20,081 bases of DNA, taken from the IMG/VR virus record IMGVR_UViG_3300010938_000017; one strand, 5' to 3'. The DNA is from a virus. Its lineage: Duplodnaviria; Heunggongvirae; Uroviricota; Caudoviricetes. The notes below the pieces were generated by a model that saw only the letters and a program-made list of their open reading frames with translations, was not told the DNA's origin and did not search any database. The position numbers and the translations under genes were made by a program. Below, one piece after another: positions 15,827-20,081 of the stretch (position 1 is the first letter of the stretch; each line of letters opens with the position of its first letter).

Positions 15827-16043
15827 GATTATTATGATTACAAGACGAAGTCCTAGAAGAAAGAAATGGGAACATCTTAAACTACGTCTTAGAATCTTCT
15901 TATTTAGGTTTAGTGTATTATTAAACGGTATTGCTTCACTTTATTTGTTAGAACAGTCTGGACAGTTAACAACTGTATATGAAATGTGTAAAGATAAGAT
16001 AGCTCCGGTCCTGGAGAGTCTTATTAAACTATTACCCCTTTAA
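15819..16043 (+). CDS. Small single-TM protein with very basic N-terminus
   Basis: RRSPRRKK followed by a hydrophobic stretch (IFLFRFSVLLNGIASLYLL). Confidence 0.55.
   Translation: MAKIIMITRRSPRRKKWEHLKLRLRIFLFRFSVLLNGIASLYLLEQSGQLTTVYEMCKDKIAPVLESLIKLLPL
15964..15982 (+). promoter_or_regulatory. Repeated motif copy 3 (candidate late promoter)
   Basis: AGTTAACAACTGTATATGA inside the coding sequence of 15819..16043, 84 nt before the scaffold ATG. Confidence 0.65.
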
Positions 16044-16066
16044 GGGATATAAACTAAGGAGAATTT

Positions 16067-17083
16067 ATGGACAAACCCGCCGCTACTGGTGCAACGCCAG
16101 CCGCTACTGATACATCTAGCCCCGAAGCTTCTGCTGAAAAAGTAATTGCGACTACCGATGAAGGTAAAAAAGCTGCTGCCGAAAGTGTAGAAGCTGATGA
16201 TACTGCTATTGATACTGAAGCTGCTTCGGAAGAAGAATTAGCTGAAGTAGCCGAGTCTGATGAGACTACTGCTGAAGAAAAGCAAGAAGCCAAAGCCGAA
16301 CTTAAACGCCGCATGAAGTTTAAAGTTAACGGTAAAGATGTTGAACGTGAAATTGATCTTAGTGATGAAAAAACACTTCAAGAACTTTTGCAAAAAGGTT
16401 TTGCTGCTGACGAACGCTTTCAAACTGCCGCACAAATTGAAAAAAAAATGAAAGAATGGGCCTCCATGTTGGAAAACGATCCAATGGAAGCATTACTCGC
16501 CGCAGGACACGATCCTGATAAACTAACTGAAGCTTATATGAAGAAGCGCGTTGAACAGTTGGCTAAATCGCCTGAACAACTTCAATTAGAGAAGCTTCAA
16601 AAAGAGATCGAAAAAGAACGTAAATTACGTGAAAACCTGGAACAAGAAAAGCTTACGGCTGAACAAGCCAAGATAGAAGCTGAGTATTCTCGTCAATTAG
16701 ATGAAGAGATCTCTTCTGCTCTAGCGACTTCTGAGCTTCCTAAGAGTCCTTATGTAGTTAAGCGTATTGCGGAAAACCTTATGTTGGGTATTGAACAGGG
16801 TAACGAAGACATTTCGGTGGAAGATGTATTACCTATTGTTGAAAAACAAATTAAAGAAGAAATCCAGCAAATGTTCGAGGCTATGCCTGAAGACGTAATT
16901 GAGAAGGTTTTAGGTAATAACGTATCGACTAAACTTAGAAACCGTAGACTTACCAAAATGAAGAAAGCACCTGAAACTGCTGCTAATGTTAAGGCTACTG
17001 GTCAAACTGAAATTAATAAGACTAAAGCAAAACAGGAAGAACCTAAGCCTGTGAAAGCTAAGGACTTTTTCAAAAATTTCTAA
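16067..17083 (+). CDS. Capsid scaffolding protein
   Basis: Acidic low-complexity N-terminus, KVNG..VE motif, long coiled coils, basic C-terminus; upstream of the capsid gene; AAGGAG SD. Confidence 0.8.
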   Translation: MDKPAATGATPAATDTSSPEASAEKVIATTDEGKKAAAESVEADDTAIDTEAASEEELAEVAESDETTAEEKQEAKAELKRRMKFKVNGKDVEREIDLSDEKTLQELLQKGFAADERFQTAAQIEKKMKEWASMLENDPMEALLAAGHDPDKLTEAYMKKRVEQLAKSPEQLQLEKLQKEIEKERKLRENLEQEKLTAEQAKIEAEYSRQLDEEISSALATSELPKSPYVVKRIAENLMLGIEQGNEDISVEDVLPIVEKQIKEEIQQMFEAMPEDVIEKVLGNNVSTKLRNRRLTKMKKAPETAANVKATGQTEINKTKAKQEEPKPVKAKDFFKNF

Positions 17084-17535
17084 GTTAAATGTGATTTAAT
17101 AATTTTTTGAGCGAACCTTATACCATCGGTAAAGCCAGAATTTTTGGATTTTGCAACGGCGGTATCTAATCGCGCTGAAATGCTTTTCAACTTCAGTTGA
17201 TAGCAATTATCCTGCATATTAGGAGATACCATATTGGTATCTTCTTTAAATTCAAAAAACTGAATATATTTCTTAACATATAATGAATTTTTAGTTGGGA
17301 TGTTATCAATAAACCTCTTAACATCCTCATTATAAGAAAACCATTCTCCCTTGACATGGTATTTATCAAGTTTAAAATGAACAAGATCTTCAAGACTATT
17401 ATCTACGTCCAATACCTTTAATACCACCAATTTTGAATCATTATTACTATTTAAGACCTCTAATCGTTCTTTAACACAATTCGTGTGGCCGATCTTAATA
17501 TTGCCATTTTCTAAATTTTGTACAAAATATATCAT
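17080..17535 (-). CDS. T5orf172 / GIY-YIG-superfamily endonuclease-like protein (antisense insertion)
   Basis: MIYFVQ...IKIGHT...ERL...L...E..VHFKL...VKGEWF; visibly more AT-rich than its flanks; opposite orientation. Confidence 0.85.
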   Translation of the reverse strand: MIYFVQNLENGNIKIGHTNCVKERLEVLNSNNDSKLVVLKVLDVDNSLEDLVHFKLDKYHVKGEWFSYNEDVKRFIDNIPTKNSLYVKKYIQFFEFKEDTNMVSPNMQDNCYQLKLKSISARLDTAVAKSKNSGFTDGIRFAQKIIKSHLT

Positions 17536-17599
17536 TCTAAGTCTTTAATTTTACTACGTTTCTATAATAATAACATAAATTTTATGAAAATACTACATC

Positions 17600-17619
17600 A
17601 AGTTAACAACTAAGCTTGA
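17600..17619 (+). promoter_or_regulatory. Repeated motif copy 4 (candidate late promoter)
   Basis: AAGTTAACAACTAAGCTTGA: same 11-bp core and same TGA spacing, upstream of the capsid leader. Confidence 0.6.
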
Positions 17620-17829
17620 AAAGAGTAAATTCTTTTCATCTTACAGTATCCCCTAGAAGAAAACTAGGAGTCTTTGGTAGCCGTAACTGGAGCTAAAAGA
17701 TAAACCGAAATTAGACACTAGAGTATATTAGTTCCAAAAGTAAAAACCCGATGCCTCATGAACATAGCTTGGTAGAGAGCAGGGTATAACCGAGTTTATT
17801 AATTTAATATATTTTAAGGAGTTTTAAAA
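17617..17829 (+). promoter_or_regulatory. Long, potentially structured 5' leader of the capsid gene
   Basis: About 210 non-coding nt with four hairpins identified by eye (17617-17638, 17652-17668, 17671-17700, 17746-17785). Confidence 0.45.
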
Positions 17830-19047
17830 ATGGCTGGAGAAAATACTGTAACTACTCTGAACGGCATGTTCAAAGAAGTATATGCAGATAAAATTGAAAA
17901 TTTGATTCCCGAAGGTACTAAGTTCATGCAGAAAGTTCCGTTTTCTGCTCGTAAAAAAGAACTGGGCTCTCTCTATCACCAACCTGTGATCTTGGGTCTG
18001 GAACATGGTATTACTTATGCTGGTCCTACTGATGACGCTTTCTCTTTGGATGATGCTATTAGCGGCGTGATCCGCGATGCAACGATTCAAGGTTCGCAGA
18101 TGATGCTGAGAAGCCGTCTTGGTATTGCTGCTGCTAGCCGCGCTGCTGGTGGTGAGCCCAAGGCATTTGAATCTGCCACTAAGTTCCTAGTTCGCAATAT
18201 GTTGCGTTCTATGGCTCGTCGGGTTGAAGTTGGTTTGTTCTACGGTGGTGTTGGTATCGGTACTGTTGCCTCGGTTGTTGGTCTAGTAATCACTATTACT
18301 ACGGCTGAATGGGCTCCTGGTATTTGGGCTGGTGCTGAGAAAATGAAAGTAGACATTTATGATGCTACTGGCGTTACTCTCCGTGGTACTGCTGAAGTTG
18401 CTGCTGTTGATATGGACGCTCGTTCTATCACTGTTGTAGCTGTTCCTGCCGGTACTGTTGCTACTGACGTTCTCTACTTCAAGTCTGCTAAAGACAAAGA
18501 AGCCGCTGGTATTCACCAGATTCTGACCAATACTGGCACGTTGTTTGGAATTAGCGCCGCTCAGTACAACCTCTGGAAAGGCAACCAAGTTGACCTTTTG
18601 GGTAACCCGCTTTCGTTCTCTCGTGTACAAGATGCTATTGCTCGCGCAGTAGAAAAAGGTCTTGATAGCGATGTTTTGGTGTTCGTGAATCCTCGCAGTT
18701 GGTCGGATCTTTTGACTGAACAAGCTGCACTTCGCCAGTACGATACTTCGTACAAAAATTCGATGGCTGAAGCTGGTCACCAAGAAATCGTGTTCTACGG
18801 ACAAAACGGTAAAGTGGAAATCGTTCCCAGTATCTTCGTTAAAGAAGGTTACGCGTATGTACTGTGTTTGGATGAAATGCTGCGCTTAGGATCGACTGAT
18901 GTGACGTTTAAGCGTCCTGATCAAGGTGACACTTTCTTCCGCGAACTTGAAAATGCCGCTGGTTATGAGCTTCGCGCTTATTCTGACCAAGCTCTGTTGT
19001 GCTTTGCCCCTGGCAAATGTACTCTGATCAAAGGTATTGTTAACTAA
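17830..19047 (+). CDS. Major capsid protein (HK97 fold, P22-like)
   Basis: 405 aa after the scaffold; AAGGAG SD; strong codon bias (GCT, GGT, CGT, CTG) suggesting high expression; followed by a terminator. Confidence 0.85.
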   Translation: MAGENTVTTLNGMFKEVYADKIENLIPEGTKFMQKVPFSARKKELGSLYHQPVILGLEHGITYAGPTDDAFSLDDAISGVIRDATIQGSQMMLRSRLGIAAASRAAGGEPKAFESATKFLVRNMLRSMARRVEVGLFYGGVGIGTVASVVGLVITITTAEWAPGIWAGAEKMKVDIYDATGVTLRGTAEVAAVDMDARSITVVAVPAGTVATDVLYFKSAKDKEAAGIHQILTNTGTLFGISAAQYNLWKGNQVDLLGNPLSFSRVQDAIARAVEKGLDSDVLVFVNPRSWSDLLTEQAALRQYDTSYKNSMAEAGHQEIVFYGQNGKVEIVPSIFVKEGYAYVLCLDEMLRLGSTDVTFKRPDQGDTFFRELENAAGYELRAYSDQALLCFAPGKCTLIKGIVN

Positions 19048-19082
19048 TCTCTAAATATATTCGTTCTGAATATATGTACAAA

Positions 19083-19110
19083 GGAGCTTCTTCGAGGCTC
19101 CTTTTTTTTT
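19083..19110 (+). terminator. Rho-independent terminator
   Basis: Stem GGAGCTT/AGGCTCC (one G-U pair), loop CTTCG, followed by T9. Confidence 0.9.
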
Positions 19111-19111
19111 A

Positions 19112-19558
19112 TTATTCACCGTGTAGTGGACAACCTAAGTTAATAACCTGACGATAAGGATACATATCTCTGTTATCCATCGAAGGACACTGACATTTAG
19201 GGTATTCCCAAAACATATGAAAGTTACTATCACGATCAAACTTCCATAGCTCTTGCAGATAGTATTCAATTTCTGTTAGATCTTGAGCTAAAGATTTAAG
19301 CATCTTAGGATCTGTTTCTTCTTCAATCATTTCATAGATCATAAGCTTTAACCAATGTGCTTCCTTGATTTCTTCAAGGTTTGACCAACAATTCTGTTGA
19401 TCAATCAATCGCTTACTCAATATATAACGCTCTTTACCATTATAAGTAACCACTAGTTGATCATTGGGTATATGTAAGGCATCTACATATCCACCTTTAT
19501 CTTTAATAGCCTGAAGGCGTTTTTGAGCCTTAGCTGTTACTTCTTCAATTTCTGTCAT
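19112..19558 (-). CDS. Conserved-looking phage hypothetical protein with Cys/His cluster
   Basis: C-terminal FHMFW..PKCQCP.MDN...GCPLHG; likely start ATG 19558 (MTEIEEV) with a purine-rich SD rather than the track's 19603. Confidence 0.7.
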   Translation of the reverse strand: MTEIEEVTAKAQKRLQAIKDKGGYVDALHIPNDQLVVTYNGKERYILSKRLIDQQNCWSNLEEIKEAHWLKLMIYEMIEEETDPKMLKSLAQDLTEIEYYLQELWKFDRDSNFHMFWEYPKCQCPSMDNRDMYPYRQVINLGCPLHGE

Positions 19559-20075
19559 AAGCCTTACCACCTTTCTCAAATAAATCAGACACATTTTTAA
19601 CATTAATTGGTATATGATTATCAGCTAAATATCGTTTTAAATTCAAGCCTATTTCATTTGCTTGATTTTCATTTTCAAATCTTCCACGAGCATCGTATGG
19701 TTGTTCTTGATCTCGATCTACCCAAAGATTCAAAAATTCTACATCATTATCCTGAGCATAAATGTAATACTGTCTAACCATATCTCCCATAAATTTTTGA
19801 TTGTGATAATACTCACAATAGAAAGCACCCAGGATTACAGGTGAGTCCGTAACAATGTATCTAACCTTACCGTACAAAACACTTTCTTCTTTGATTTGTT
19901 CACCTAAAATACATAATTGTTCAAATGGACCAATCTTTTGACCTGCATGAGCGTATTTCTTAGCAACCTCACGAACCATTTCAACATCTAAACCCCAACG
20001 TTTCATTTGAGCATAGATTTCTGCTGCCATAGTAGACTTACCAGATCCTGGTTCACCTATAAGACTAATCACCAT
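19545..20075 (-). CDS. P-loop NTPase / nucleotide kinase-like protein (AAA_28, NadR-type)
   Basis: Walker A GEPGSGKST, VRE.AK, IVTDSP, LWVDR...Y...GR motifs. Confidence 0.8.
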   Translation of the reverse strand: MVISLIGEPGSGKSTMAAEIYAQMKRWGLDVEMVREVAKKYAHAGQKIGPFEQLCILGEQIKEESVLYGKVRYIVTDSPVILGAFYCEYYHNQKFMGDMVRQYYIYAQDNDVEFLNLWVDRDQEQPYDARGRFENENQANEIGLNLKRYLADNHIPINVKNVSDLFEKGGKAYDRN

Positions 20076-20081
20076 TGTTTT

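Noticed and set aside
16054-16435. Antisense ORFs over the scaffold gene
   Set aside because: Ser/Ala-rich mirror of the low-complexity sense strand.
17536-17599. Possible extended -10 (TGtTATTAT) promoter for the T5orf172 gene
   Set aside because: Very AT-rich tract with no convincing -35 and no SD; cannot be distinguished from chance.
18283-18804. 173-aa antisense ORF inside the capsid gene (also 17824..18090 and 18561..18755)
   Set aside because: Expected shadow of strong codon bias in a highly expressed gene; no SD or recognisable motif.
1-20081. CRISPR array, tRNA/rRNA genes, integrase, stop-codon recoding
   Set aside because: The repeated motif copies are kilobases apart; no cloverleaf or recombinase motifs seen; TAA, TAG and TGA all end genes at coupled junctions.

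Overview
AT-rich window from a tailed dsDNA phage (Caudoviricetes, P22-like head genes), standard genetic code. There are two divergent arms, switching at about 7160-7260. The left arm (minus strand, 1-7161) is a tightly coupled array of small accessory genes: two HNH-type endonucleases, a calcineurin-like phosphoesterase, a 2OG-Fe(II) oxygenase-like protein, and several envelope-targeted products (three predicted lipoproteins including a collagen-like protein and a zinc metalloprotease, small membrane proteins, and a signal-peptide-bearing S8 subtilase). Three near-consensus sigma70 promoters with 17-bp spacers lie in this arm. The right arm (plus strand, 7359-19047) is the morphogenesis module: putative holin, possible small terminase, large terminase, portal, lytic transglycosylase-like protein, fibre-like proteins, permuted papain-like amidase, scaffold, an antisense T5orf172/GIY-YIG insertion, major capsid protein and an intrinsic terminator. 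A motif AGTTAACAACT-N5-TGA occurs four times, only on the plus strand, upstream of the terminase region, portal, scaffold and capsid genes (candidate phage late promoter). Two convergent minus-strand genes close the window. All functional calls come from motif recognition by eye, not database searches.
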